Source of the DNA: Lytechinus pictus
Lineage: Eukaryota
Direction: 5' to 3'
NCBI RefSeq assembly: GCF_037042905.1
Contig: NC_087251.1
Coordinates: 35,652,001 to 35,716,000, forward strand
DNA: 64,000 nt
A program made the position numbers and the translations under genes. Shown piece after piece: positions 38,076 to 50,630 of this stretch (position 1 is its first letter; every line of letters begins with the position of its first letter). Under the pieces are notes generated by a model. The model worked only from the letters and a program-made list of their open reading frames with translations, searched no databases and had not been told where the DNA came from.

Positions 38076-40895
38076 GTGATTTTTCTATTGTGAATATTTT
38101 ATTCAGTTTGTGTGTTTCATTATCATACACAACCAGGGGGGTGTCTCACAAAGATATAAGCATGACTTAGAGTCGCACTTGCCTAGTTGTGTGCAGTATA
38201 AAAGACATCACTGCATTGGTCAGATCATGGCAACTCAAAGCTTTAAACTGAACAACGAATCCCAAGCACAGCGAAGGGTAAGGATTAATTGGCAGATCCT
38301 TAAGTGTGCTCCCAGGAGAACTAGTGTTTAAATGGAGTTCTTTCTAACTTTGAAACAGAAACACTGTGATTAATGCATATTGTAGAATACACTGTGGGCA
38401 ACCAATAAGCCAGTTCGTAGTTCCTTTCTGCGCATGATCAAAAGATTCTACGCATGATCAGAGGAAGGTCATTTGTACTAAAGTGACATGGTGGTTTAAA
38501 ATCTAATGATATAAGCACCAACTTTGATGTCTTGATTTATTCATATATTCTTTTGAATTGTGGTTTTTCATTTACATCCACAAAAAAAAAACAACGCGTC
38601 CACGAACGACTGGTATTCACAGTTTGCCAAGTACATTGTGCAACATGCTATGATGTGCATTCAAAGTAGGAATGCAACAAATACCTTCATAAAGTGTTCA
38701 TTGGTGTGCTATTCTACTCACCTGGTCTATTCAATTTCTTCATCCTGCTATGTAAGACAAGCTTACATAATATCTTGCTTTGAAATCTGCCTATCATACT
38801 GAAAGAAATGAAAGGTCATTTGACCAAAATTGTCCATGAAGTGACTACGAACTGGTCTATTAATGGGAACATGTGATGTCACAATAAGGGGGCAATTTGC
38901 ATGTACATATTTTGAAACTCGAGAATTGTATGACAATTATAACAAAAAATGTTTGGTTCAACCAATATTTGATCAATCTTTTGAAAGATATATCACCCCT
39001 CCGTAACAAACTTCTTTTAATAAGAATGGAAAAAAAAAGAGAAATAATAATGAAGTATTTATGAACATGTTTACAGTTAAATTAGGGAAAGAAATATATT
39101 ATCATCTGCCAATTGAGATAACAAATGAGATATTGTATTTTAAACTGTCTTTTTGTCCAAACTAAGCATTTGAGGTTCGTGTTTTTCAGTGTTGATATTA
39201 TCAATAGGCTCAGTAATGGTATCCCAGCTATTACCCTCTTCATTCATTTTATGATATGCTACTCTGTACAGGAATTTCTATCAGTATAATAGCAGGAGCG
39301 TTTAAATTGGCCCCTGTCTTTGCCTTCAAGATCAGGGCCCCGTCTTACAAAGAGCTGCGATTGATCCGATCAATCGCAACTATGGACGGCCAGCAACATC
39401 AACATATAAAATACATGTTTGTTCAAAATTTGTTCTAGATACGAATGTGTATCCATAAATTCATTGATTTTTTAACAATTTGGTGTGCTCTCGTTTGTTT
39501 ACAAAGGACATTTCACAAATTTCCTGTAGAAAAAATTATGACTCTGATGGATTTCCATTGAGTTACGATTGATTGGATCGATCGTAACTCTTTGTAAGAC
39601 GGTGCCCAGGACTCCTGCATACTGCATGTAATGTATGGATGTGAATATTTAAAGCCAGTATGATTATGATTTTTGTTATGATGGTACCAACATTCACACA
39701 AACTCTTGAATCAGATTAATGATTGCCACATGAAACTAGAGTACTCTGTAGAGTTTATTTCAACAATTGACACCCATTAGAAATAATGATAAGTAATTAC
39801 ATGTATAATCAGCTTCTGTTAATGAAACATTGATGGCAGTTTGGGCACCGTCTTAAGTTCAATATCATGATATTGTATTGTATAATGCAGAGCTGCCAAG
39901 TAGTACGATTTTTCCGTATTTAGTACGTTTTTGCAACCAAAATACGGCAGTACGTTTTTTGTATTAAAAAAAAAAATAAAATAAAACGTACACAAATATG
40001 GTTATTAGATCAATGTAATTTCAGGTAACTTGTTTTTTTTTCAATCATTTTGTAAAAACCAGGGTGAGATATACACAAGTTTCAATTTTTTTTTTTCATC
40101 TGCAAGAGCAGTGCACATTTTAGCTTGCATGCAGCTTGAGCGCCGTGATGGGCGAGTGCGCCAAGCATTTTATTATGAAATACACTTTTTTGGGGAAAAA
40201 TACAAAATATTTATCTCACACGGTAAAAATACTGATTTTGGGGGATAAGAATACTGAAAAATGCAAAATACAACTTGGCAGCTCTGATAATGCTGTAAAG
40301 ATTGATAGGGGTTTAGTACCAGATGGTTTTGCTTTATTAAACATATATGCCAGTTATGGTAATAATCCCAAAAATAAGTTCGAACAGAATCCAATTTAAA
40401 GACCCTCAACATTTTTATATGTATGAATAAATACTATACATGTGCTAAGTCATTCTGTATAAAAATCTGTAATTGCTGAGTAATTGACAGAAGAAGCATG
40501 GCCTTCAAGCCATATGCCGGGGCTTTTCCAAGCAATAATGATACTGTCCCACATGTACTTATATGTGTTGGCGATCTTCTCTGTGATCGTTTTTCAGCTT
40601 CGATTTCATGATTTCACAAAATTCAGTTTATGTACTACCAGATCTAGATCTATGGTAATATAGCGACCCTTGACCTTTGTTTTACAAACTTCTATCTCAT
40701 GAAATCAGTGCTTACTGCAACTTCTTTCCTCTACCAGTATCTTTAATTTTGCTTATTTTAGCTAGGTAATGAAAATTGAATTGAATGTAAAAATTTATAT
40801 CTATTTCATGATTGTAATAATTGAATGATAGTCATTCGAGACATATAATATATTTAAAATAATGGAGACTTTCATTTGTTTTGCTTTGTTCACAG

Positions 40896-40975
40896 ATGAG
40901 CTTTATGAGCAGTATCAGTTCCTTTTCAAGTTGTTTACTGAAGAATTTACATCAAATCCCATTCATTCTCAACAG
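40896..40975 (+). CDS. GNPAT: GNPAT coding exon 9 (DELYEQYQFLFKLFTEEF...QQ)
   Basis: CACAG| acceptor and CAG|GTATG donor; conserved FL..LF..EF; phase 1-0. Confidence 0.88.
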
Positions 40976-41179
40976 GTATGAATTTTTATTCTTTTTCTTT
41001 ACTTTTTGTGTACAAATGCCAGCTAAATTGGTTTTTATTACCCCATCTGAACTGCTTTGATATTTAATGTGTTTATTTTAAAAATTATGAAAATATTTTC
41101 AAGTTATTTAAATTACTTAGCACTGATTACAGCCCACAGATTGTGGTGTAAACATGATACAAATAATAATTATAACTCA

Positions 41180-41385
41180 TACAGTATTTACCCAGAGAGC
41201 CACTTCAACCATTAGCTGATTTTCAAGCCCACCCTGCAAAACATATTATTACCTTTCTCCACTCACAAAAGTTGAGCACCTGACAAAAAGACCAAAGGTC
41301 CCATTTTTAAAGTCTTTATTATGACTTGGCAGGGGCTCGAACCCACGACCTCCCGTTCATGAGTCAGGCACTCTACTCTACACTC
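41180..41385 (-). mobile_element. tRNA-derived SINE (minus strand)
   Basis: Reverse complement shows GTAGAGTG...GAGGTCGTGGGTTCGAGCCCC (B box) followed by a SINE body. Confidence 0.6.
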
Positions 41386-41389
41386 TTGA

Positions 41390-41787
41390 GAGCGTTGTTG
41401 GCTCAGTCGGTAACGCGTCTGCCTGTTGAACCAAAGATCATTGGTTCGAGTCCACCCCAGGCCGATGACTGAAGCCAGTGCTTTGTGTGTAAACGTCTCT
41501 CCCATGTTTCATAGATGCAGGCTATGCTACAATGGAAAACACTCCGTCCCTCGGATAGGACGTGAAATGGAGGCCCCGTGTAGAGGAGAGTCACCACCTT
41601 TGCACGTTAAGAACCCACTGCACTATTCGTACAAGAGTAGGGGGGAAACCCCGGTGTAGTGGTCCACCTGCACTCCTCCCAAACAGTTATATCTGGAGGA
41701 GAGACTTGCGGGTCATAGTAATTCGCCTTTTCGCCTCCCAGGCACAGGTGACGCCAAACATGATGAAATTTAAAACATGATAAAACC
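41390..41787 (+). mobile_element. tRNA-derived SINE, head-to-head with the preceding one
   Basis: TGGCTCAGTCGGTAACGCG (A box), GGTTCGAGTCC (B box), and a body of about 400 bp. Confidence 0.7.
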
Positions 41788-41853
41788 ACTCAACATGCCT
41801 TGTATACATCCTGCTGATTAATTGTTCGACTCTTACCTTTTTTCCCCATTCAG

Positions 41854-41994
41854 AAATTCGAGCGCACTCTTGCCATATTTGTTGCATGTGGGACATTGGA
41901 GAGTGACAGAGGAGAAGTGAGAATAACAGCCAAAGGGGAGAGAGAGATTTCTTTCTTTACCGAGATGATGTCACCTTTTCTGCTCGGATACTGG
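41854..41994 (+). CDS. GNPAT: GNPAT coding exon 10 (KFERTLAIF...MMSPFLLGYW)
   Basis: TTCAG| acceptor and TGG|GTAAGG donor; 47 codons; conserved PF...Y; phase 0-0. Confidence 0.88.
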
Positions 41995-42771
41995 GTAAGG
42001 TTTCTCACCTTTTAATATTAGACCAAGATTAGTGTAAACAAATCAGCAATTAGACCAAATTGAAAGTAAACCAAAATTGAGTTATTCCATGTGGTATTTA
42101 ACTATTTCAGAAGTAGACCAACTGCTTGTAGGCCACGTGAATACACCCTGTTTCTCTTTATATAGAATTTAAAAGGCTAAGACCTGAAATAACATTCATT
42201 TCATTTAATCCTGGCTCACACCTACGCATTTTCAGCTGCATATCGCTGCATTGTGTTGCGTTTGCCTGCGTTCAGGCAATCAATAGTTGAATGCTAGCCC
42301 AAAATGCAAAGGTGTGAGCCAGGCCTTACATAACTACTTGATAATCACTTGATGAACAGAAGTAACCTTCAGGCCTGATATTTCAAAATCTTTATGGCAA
42401 AGCCACTTTTTCCCAGGGTACATTACATATTACATTCCAAAATAGGAAAAATAAATAAACAGGACGCAAAATATCCAATGCCAGTGAAAGGGGCATTGAG
42501 GCCAATCAAGCCCTTCAATTGGTATGAAATATTCTTTTGAAGACTCTCTAATGTGTTACATTGATAGCACATGGAGATCTACCATTTAACATGCTGTTTT
42601 ATGAGATATTTGTTGTTTCTCTCATGTTATAGCTGGTATATGAGTCCTTACATTTTATTATGTTTTTTTTTGTTGAAATTGTTTGTTTCTCTGCTGTTAA
42701 AGCTGGTATATCAGTACATACCATTTAATCTGATGTTTTATGAAATATTCATTGTTTCTTTCCTTGTATAG

Positions 42772-42880
42772 CTGGTATGTCAGTATCTGATGGTGCATCC
42801 CTCATCGTCTCCTCAAGGTGTTCCTATCAAACAAATAGCTAAAGATATCCAGTTGAAGATAGCTACCATCATCTCACAAG
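42772..42880 (+). CDS. GNPAT: GNPAT coding exon 11 (LVCQYLMVHP...ATIISQ)
   Basis: TATAG| acceptor and G|GTAAC donor; phase 0-1; C.YL motif. Confidence 0.82.
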
Positions 42881-44236
42881 GTAACTCACAACTTCTTATT
42901 GATAATTCCAATAGTTCCATTTATATGACACCTAGATAGATCCCTGTCATTTGAATGGTTGTTTGATATCGATCATTCAGCCCATTTTACAATGAAGTCA
43001 TCTACCGTCCAATTTTGGATCAATACGATCTTGTCCATTGCAAGCACCACAAGTAAAACCACTCATATTCGCAGCGCGCATGTTTCATGTACGCCACGCG
43101 ACCATCAACAGACCAAGCTCGCACTGCATGGGAATACGAAATAGAATCTATTTTTAGGTGTCGTATAAACCAAGTAATGAATGTTTGTGAGTGCAATGGA
43201 CAGAATACTACATTCGGTGAAGCGTCGTTGAATGGATCATTTCATCTTTCACCTCATAAAGTATTCTGTCCATTGCACTCATAAACATTCATTATTTGTA
43301 TATTAATTGTGGCCTCTTTTGCTGGTTAGCCCTCAAGGTGACATTTGGTTTGTTTTTTTCATAACTCTTCCACCACATAACAACTTGTTCTACTGACTAA
43401 GTTTGTCCCTCAACTTTAACTCATTCCCTCAACTTAGGGGTCATTCCTTGACTAATAACTTGTTCCCTCAACATGTAACTAATTTCCTTGACTTAAACTC
43501 GTTCCCATGACTTACTGACTTGTTACGTCCGCTTACTTATGGTGAGTCGAAAGTCTGGAAGGAAGTTAATAAGTTGAGGGAACAAGTTTTAAAATATTTT
43601 GTGTGCGCGTATAGATCCGATGAAAGTGGATTCTAAAGCGTTGTTAGTACAGTGGCAGATAAAAATTTTGACCAGCACGGGTATTGTGACATCGCTACTC
43701 AATGCATATTGACTTTCTATATAACGGAATTGTCACTTTTTCATGTACACAAAGACTATGAGGAAACAGAATTTTCATTTTTCAGACATGCTGAAACGGA
43801 AAAGGCCATTTTTAAAAAAGGAAAATCACTGTCCCTACAAGACCTGGGTCCCGTTGCATAAAATTTACCATTATGGTAACTTGCATGGAATCCTTGATTT
43901 TGATTGGCTGTTGATGAACGTTGCCATGGTAGTTACCATTAGATAGCAAAGTTATCATTATAGTGACTATATGCAATGGGCCCCTTATAAAAAATAATGC
44001 CATGCATTGTGTTCTTCCTGTATCAAGATGTTTGTGGAAAAAAGATCCTTTGCTAGGACATGCCCCACTTTGTGGACTAGCCTTCCTGAATATATCCAAA
44101 CCTGTATCTCTGTTGAATCTTTTTTTTGTAAATGCTCAAAATATATCTTCTTTTTTAATTCTTACCTCTATGGGCCTAGAGCACTCCAAAGAGCAAATTT
44201 GATGCTGCTTAAGTTATTTTTTTATAAGTACTACTA

Positions 44237-44479
44237 CACTGCAAAAACTCCGGTGTTGATTTAACACCAGCCTGGAATCTCTATATGTCCACACCAGAGA
44301 AGTATTGAAACAACACCATTTTGGAATCAAACCGATGCTGTTTTAAAACTAATTGGTGTTGTATAAACACCTATCTGGTGTTAGACTAATACCAAAACCG
44401 ATGTTGTTTAACACTTCTCTGGTGTGGACATATATAGATTCCGGGCTGGTGTTAAATCAACACCGGAATTTTTGAAGTG
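44237..44479. mobile_element. 243-bp near-perfect palindromic MITE, CAC...GTG termini with TA flanks (CACTA/CMC-like)
   Basis: TA|CACTGCAAAAACTCCGGTGTTGATTTAACACCAGCC ... GGCTGGTGTTAAATCAACACCGGAATTTTTGAAGTG|TA. Confidence 0.85.
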
Positions 44480-44532
44480 TACTGCTTTGTGATAAATGAA
44501 GTTGGTCAATTTTATTTTCTTTTGATTTCCAG

Positions 44533-44626
44533 GTAAATTGCATCACTATGAGATACTCTCTTTGAATCTACTGACCAATGCATTGACTGCCCTTACCCAG
44601 ATAGGAATCCTAGTCAGAGAAAAGAG
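44533..44626 (+). CDS. GNPAT: GNPAT coding exon 12 (KLHHYEILSLNLLTNALTALTQIGILVREK)
   Basis: Conserved Y..LS.....NAL motif; CCAG| acceptor and AG|GTGAGT donor; phase 1-2. Confidence 0.9.
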
Positions 44627-45491
44627 GTGAGTGTACAATCAAGTTATATCCTCACAAGGATCCTGTATTATTAGTAATCAATTTCATCAATTTGTCTGTA
44701 TTTACTTGTTCCAACTAAAACCTTGTGGTTCCTGCACAAAGTCTATGGGAATTATAGAATTATGTAATGGTAAATTCTAGCTGTGGTAGTGATCTACAAT
44801 TGAGTAAGAAAAGAATCCAATAAAATGACCACTAAGTGTCTGTACGTATAAATTGAAAATAATTGTGCCAAATGATTCCCATAGAAGATGCATAGTTGCT
44901 TAGAAATGATTAGACGATAAAATAGGCGCTATAGTGGGGTGGATTATCATTATTGTTATAAAGTATGCATGGTATTACTGCTGGGCGGTAATGGTTTCCT
45001 CCATGTTATGATTGAGATAATACTGAGAAGTGATGACTCTCCTGATGATGAACGGGTACACTGCTTAAAATGTCAAGAATTCTCAACTCATCTATTCTTC
45101 TGCTCAAAGTTATCATTTTATATCTTTTTCATAGTCCTTTTACTGAATTCATCCTATTTCACAAAAAAGATACTTCTTTCTCCCATCTATATCTTTCTTG
45201 CCTTTCAATAACCACTTTTTTTATTCTACCTCCCAACATTCATTTTCAGGACTTACCACATGGTTAGTCTTTGGCAAGGCATCAATCCACTTTTTGCCAC
45301 TCTCTACCCAGGTGTTAAATTGGTACCCATTATGATGTGAAAGTCTTATGTAGTATGTCTTGCCGGAATGCCCCTATAAGAGTGTAACTATTGTTATTAT
45401 GATGGTGAACATTATGCCTCTTCTACGTTACTTTAGTTTGGCTTTGGTAAGTTAACATATTATTTTTACTTTCTCTCGTCGTTCTCTCCAG

Positions 45492-45553
45492 TAACAACGG
45501 GCCTCTCATCTCATGGTCTGCAGAGCCAGTATCTAGGATTGCAGACAAGATTA
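45492..45553 (+). CDS. GNPAT: GNPAT coding exon 13 (NNGPLISWSAEPVSRIADKI)
   Basis: Strong polypyrimidine CCAG| acceptor and A|GTAAGT donor; phase 2-1 fits the preceding exon. Confidence 0.78.
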
Positions 45554-45912
45554 GTAAGTATCAAGGAAAACATTTTTTGTACAACCACCCCCAATTTTTT
45601 TTCAGATCTCATTTCACTTAATGAACTGTTCAAATTCATTGCAACCTTTCATATGAACTAGGCAACATAGACTTATGATTTCAAAGAGGTTCCACATGTA
45701 GCGGTTTAGACATACATACTTTGTAGAATTGCCTGTTCACAGTTTGAAACATTCACGTCGGTCAGTTCAAACCATAAATCATAAGTTGATTCTATTTTCA
45801 ATGAACAACATTTGAATTTATTAATATTGATGATATTATTTTATTATATTAATTCACCTGACATGATACTATACAACATTAATACATCAAATAATTTTTA
45901 TCACAGAATACA

Positions 45913-46320
45913 TTTTTGTCTCGCCCACCAGAGGTGAAGGCGAGACTTAGGGATCCAAATGTCGTCCGTCCGTCCGTCACAAACCTAATGACACATAACT
46001 CCACAACCATAAGTCGCTTTTCAACCAAACATGGTTGGTAGATGGACTTGGGGGACCTGCATGTTATGCTGCAGTCGGAGGTCACATGGTAAGGTCAAAG
46101 GTCATTTTCAGGTCAACGTTAAAGTTTACATGCAAGACTCTCTTATGACACCTAACTCCGCAACCGTAAGTCACTTTTCAACCAAACTTGGATGGTAGAT
46201 GGACTTGGGGGACCTGCATGTTAGGCTGCAGTCAGAGGTCACATGGTAAGGTCAAAGGTCATTTTCAGGTCAACGTTAAAGTTTACATGCAAGACTCTCT
46301 TATGACACCTAACTCCGCTA
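45913..46320 (+). mobile_element. 3'-truncated HINE/DINE-like element with 157-bp tandem core
   Basis: TTTTTGTCTCGCC...GGCGAGAC hairpin, (GTCC)n, and two 157-bp units containing AGGTCAAAGGTCA. Confidence 0.75.
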
Positions 46321-46528
46321 CCAGTTCGTACCATACCAATGCGAGAGTCAACACAAAACTATTCTTTTGTTGTAGGCTTTATTTGTATTTCAATTTGGCT
46401 AAAACTATTACAGGCGTATGCTGTATTTCAATCTAAATATTATGTACATTGTAGACCTTTCCAATATATCATATTCATGAGTACACATTTGTCCCAGGGG
46501 CGGATATATATATATATATGTATATATA

Positions 46529-47891
46529 AACCCCTCAAAAAAAGTTTGGAAATCTGAGTTTGGCCATTAATTTCTCCCTACACCCGTTTTTACACAATGC
46601 ATATTTGACATCATTTAAACGATAATCTAATTCTCTTTGAAATGATACCATGATTGTTATGATCATGCCATCACGAAAAGAGCAGGATTCAAAAGTATTC
46701 GATGATGTCTGAATTGAATAGCTGCAAACGAGCAAAAAAAGTTTGGAAATCTGAGTTTGGCCATTAATTTCTCCCAACTCCAAATTTTACACATTGCATA
46801 TTCGATATCATTTTAAAGATCATTTAATTTTCTTTGAAATGATACCATGCTTGTTATAATCATGCCATCACGAAAAGAAAAGGATTCAAAAGTGATGGAT
46901 GAGGTCTGAATTGAAAAGCTGCAAAACGAGCAGAAATAGTCATGGAGGGTCAATACAGAACATGATTCTTTTGTCTGTGTCAATAGAGATGAAAATCCAT
47001 TCAAATCAAGCCCCTGCTTCTTCATTTCTTATGTTTTGTTGTGGTTTATATAGTGATGGTTTGTTTGTTTGTTATGTGTTTGCTTGTGCAGAGGTGTGTT
47101 TGATTCCATGTTAATGTTGAGGTGCATGAAAACAATTAAAAGAAACCGCTGAGAAACTCACTCATCACCACGGAAAAAAGAACAGTGACTTTCAATATTG
47201 TGTCATTTTGCAACTTTTGAATTTCGACCTTGCCCCACATTCCAAGGCACTGCAACTCCACGTGAACCATAATCATATCATATAGGTATCATTTTAAAGA
47301 GAATTAAATGATCTATTCATTGATATGAATAACACATTGATATTTACTAAAACCGAGGAGGGATTATCGATCAATATCAAAAGAAACCGCTGAGAAACTC
47401 ACTCATCACCACGAAAAAAAGAACAGTGACTCTTAATATTGTGTCATTTTGCAACTTTTGAATTTTGACCTTGCCCTACATTTCAAGGCACTGCACCTCC
47501 ACGTGAACCATAATCATATCATATAGGTATCATTTTAAAGAGAATCAAATGATCTATAATTCATTGATATTAATAACACATAGATATTTACTAAAACCGA
47601 GGAGGGATTATCGATCAAAGTCAAAAGAAACCGCTGAGAAACTCACTCATCACCACGGAAAAACGAACAGTGACTCTTAATATTGTGTCATTTTGGAACT
47701 TTTGAATTTTGACCTTGCCCTACATTTCAAGGCACTGCACCTCCATGTGAACCATAATTATATCATGTAGGGTATCATTCTAAAGAGAATTAAATGATTT
47801 ATTCATTGACATTAATATCACATTGATATTTACTAAAACCGAGGAGGGATTATCAATCAAAGTCAGATTTCCAAACTTTTTTTGAGGAGTT
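46529..47891. mobile_element. TIR element inserted in a (TA)n tract (Tc1/mariner-like) with tandemly repeated arms
   Basis: AACCCCTCAAAAAAAGTTTGGAAATCTGA ... TCAGATTTCCAAACTTTTTTTGAGGAGTT, with TA repeats on both sides. Two units of about 200 bp on the left and three of about 240 bp on the right. Confidence 0.8.
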
Positions 47892-48889
47892 TATATATAT
47901 ATATATATGTGTGTGTGTGTGGGGGGGGATGAGTTTGTTTGTTTGTGTGATCGAGCGCCTTTCGAACGTTGATTCATGATTTTGCCCCCCCCCCCCCCCT
48001 TCTCCCAATCTAAAAAATGGATCGACGCCCCTGGACTCTAGATCTAGAAATCTATATCCTAGCCCTAGGCCTAGGCTACTTAAAAAAAAACATTTAAAAA
48101 GCCCATGGAAGCCATTTTTTTATCACAATTAACATCTAAAACCTTTTTTTTTTTCTCTCTCTCTCTTTCGGTCTTTTGTATTCTTTATAATTTCTCTATC
48201 TCTCTCTTTAATCTCTCTCTGATTTTTCCCCACCGTCTCTCTCATTTTTCCCACTCTCTGTCTTTCTCATTCATTTTACCCAATGTCTGTCCGACTGTCT
48301 CTCTCTCATTCATTTTCCCCGTGTGGGTCTCTTTCGTTTTCCCCTCCCTCTCTCATTTTCCCATTGTCTGTCTCTCATTTTTCTCACTGTCTGACTCATT
48401 TTTCTCACCACTGTTTCTGTCTCGCTCATTTTATCACCCCCCCCCCCCTTCACTCTCACTTCTTTTCGACATCCCGCTGTACTTATATATGATTGAGCAA
48501 CCTTTAATTTAAAAAGTACAAACAACCGCAGTCTAATGTACGTTGTAAGGTACATCATGTGCAATGTACTTACATATTTATTTCTGACCCAATACATGTA
48601 ATGATAACATTTCTATATCACATCGCAATGATTGCCTCTTGACTGCTTACTGAATGCACCGTGTTCTAATACATTTTTCCATTTTATTGTTAGATTTGGA
48701 TTTCACTCTGTAATAATTATTGAAGTTCTTCCTCCAGTTCAACCCAAGATGCTTAACTTAATTGAACCTCCTATTTATATTGAACTGCTATGAATCAGTT
48801 GTTTAATATATTTTATCAATAAACTGCTTGGTTTTCAGTGCGAATAATAGGCAGTCTAGCTGTATATACAAAAAAAAAATTTCAACATG

Positions 48890-50630
48890 TTTTTTATTAA
48901 GGATTTCATAGAAATGGATTACATAAACTCCAGATAAATACAAAAAAATACAAATCTTCATTCATTTTATATCAACAAGGATATGCAAAAAATATATATA
49001 TATATATATTTACCAAAAACTGAAGCAAATAAGGACGGAATAAAATTCCTTAAAAATATACTTTTATATCTAAAAAACACTAACTAAACTGAGCCCCCAA
49101 CCCTTTATGTATTTTAATAATAATTAATATTGAATTACTGAATGGTTTGCATGAAAACAGAAATCAACATACATGTATTATAATTGCATCCCATTTTACA
49201 TCAAGCTTCAACATAACTTTACATAATTATACACACACTCACCTTAACACCCACACACACATGCACATACCATGCATACGTAAACAAACATAATATATAC
49301 AAATCTGCATATGAACGTTTAAATTTTTTTGCGAAATAGGATACAGAAAGAAAACCTGCAAATCATATTGATACAAGAGAAGGGGAAATGGAAAAGAACT
49401 AGTAAAAAGAGGAAAGAAAATCATCAACATTCACGCAAGAATTCACACTCGCACCACACTAGACGAATCCCACCTGTTCACATTCAAATCTCTTTTCACC
49501 TTCAGTTCATCCCATTTCTGTAAATGTAAACTTAACTTGCCTGACTTCGTTGCCAGGCGAATGTCTCCCTCTATACAACCCGTAATATATTTTTGTATTT
49601 TAATGAATGACGGTACATGGCCTTCAGCTCTGGAATAGAAATTGCATATTTAATAAAAAGAATAACAGAATTGACACATTTGATTCTACAAGAATTTCCA
49701 GGTAATCCTAAGAATATTTTCCTCCAATTCAAAGTTCTTAATTCAACTAAACAAAAATGATCAATACAAAATTGCCACAGAGGTTTAACTTTTATGCAAT
49801 CCATGAGTATATGAAAGTACGATTCAGTTTATGTACAACAAAACGAGCAGTAATTATCTCCCACGAAACCAAATCTCATTAAATGTTCTTTTGTATATAT
49901 TGCTCCATGTAAAAGCATTAACTGAAATTCCCTTTGTTTTCTTATAAAAGTTGTACTCCTGATATATCCAAATAATTTACAAATTTCTACATCAGTAAAA
50001 TTAAAATCACTGTGACCATCCTTGAGTGTTAATTTGTATAGTTCTTGTAGATTGGTAATAAACAAGTTATAAATTGTTTTTGATTTAATTACCTCAAAAG
50101 CTGTTTCCTGTTTTCCAATATTCATACTTATCCCAAAGTCTACGAAATCAATTTTTAAAACTTTATTGAACTATTAGAATTTTTCCAACTTGTTGGTATA
50201 GCGTGTACAATATCTATTATTTGGAGAAGTTGATTTGCGGTAATACTGAGATTTTGAAAAAAAGTCACAGTCTTCAAGTGGCCATTATCAAAAATTTGAT
50301 CAACGCTAAATATTCCTTTATTGAAAAGATCATTGTCAAAAATCGTTTTACCTTTTATACAAATATGTTGATTATTGAATATAATAGGGTTAACCTCCTC
50401 TTCAGAATAACGATATTTCTTTAAGTCTTGCCAAGCCTTCATCATTTCTGAATAAAATTGTGGTATCCATCCTGCATCCCGTTCTCCGTAAAGTAATCGT
50501 TTAAGCCACATAAAACGTTGAGACTTTACAAACAACTTAAAATTCATCATTTTTAAACCTCCTTGTGAGTAATCCTGGTACATTATAATTCTCTTTATCC
50601 GATCTTTTCCTGACCATAAAAAATCAAAAT
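48890..50630 (-). mobile_element. 5'-truncated L1/Tx1-type LINE relic (ORF2 C-terminus with zf-RVT, plus 3' UTR)
   Basis: Broken frames give FLWSGKDRIKR..MYQDYSQGGLKM..WLKRL, then REFQLMLLHGAIYTKEHLMRFG...CSFC; T-rich 3' end on the + strand near 48890. Confidence 0.85.

Noticed and set aside
46495..48033. Possible hAT element CAGGGGCG...CGCCCCTG enclosing the TA-inserted element
   Set aside because: Only a short inverted match, and the 8-bp flanks (ATTTGTCC vs GACTCTAG) do not form a TSD.
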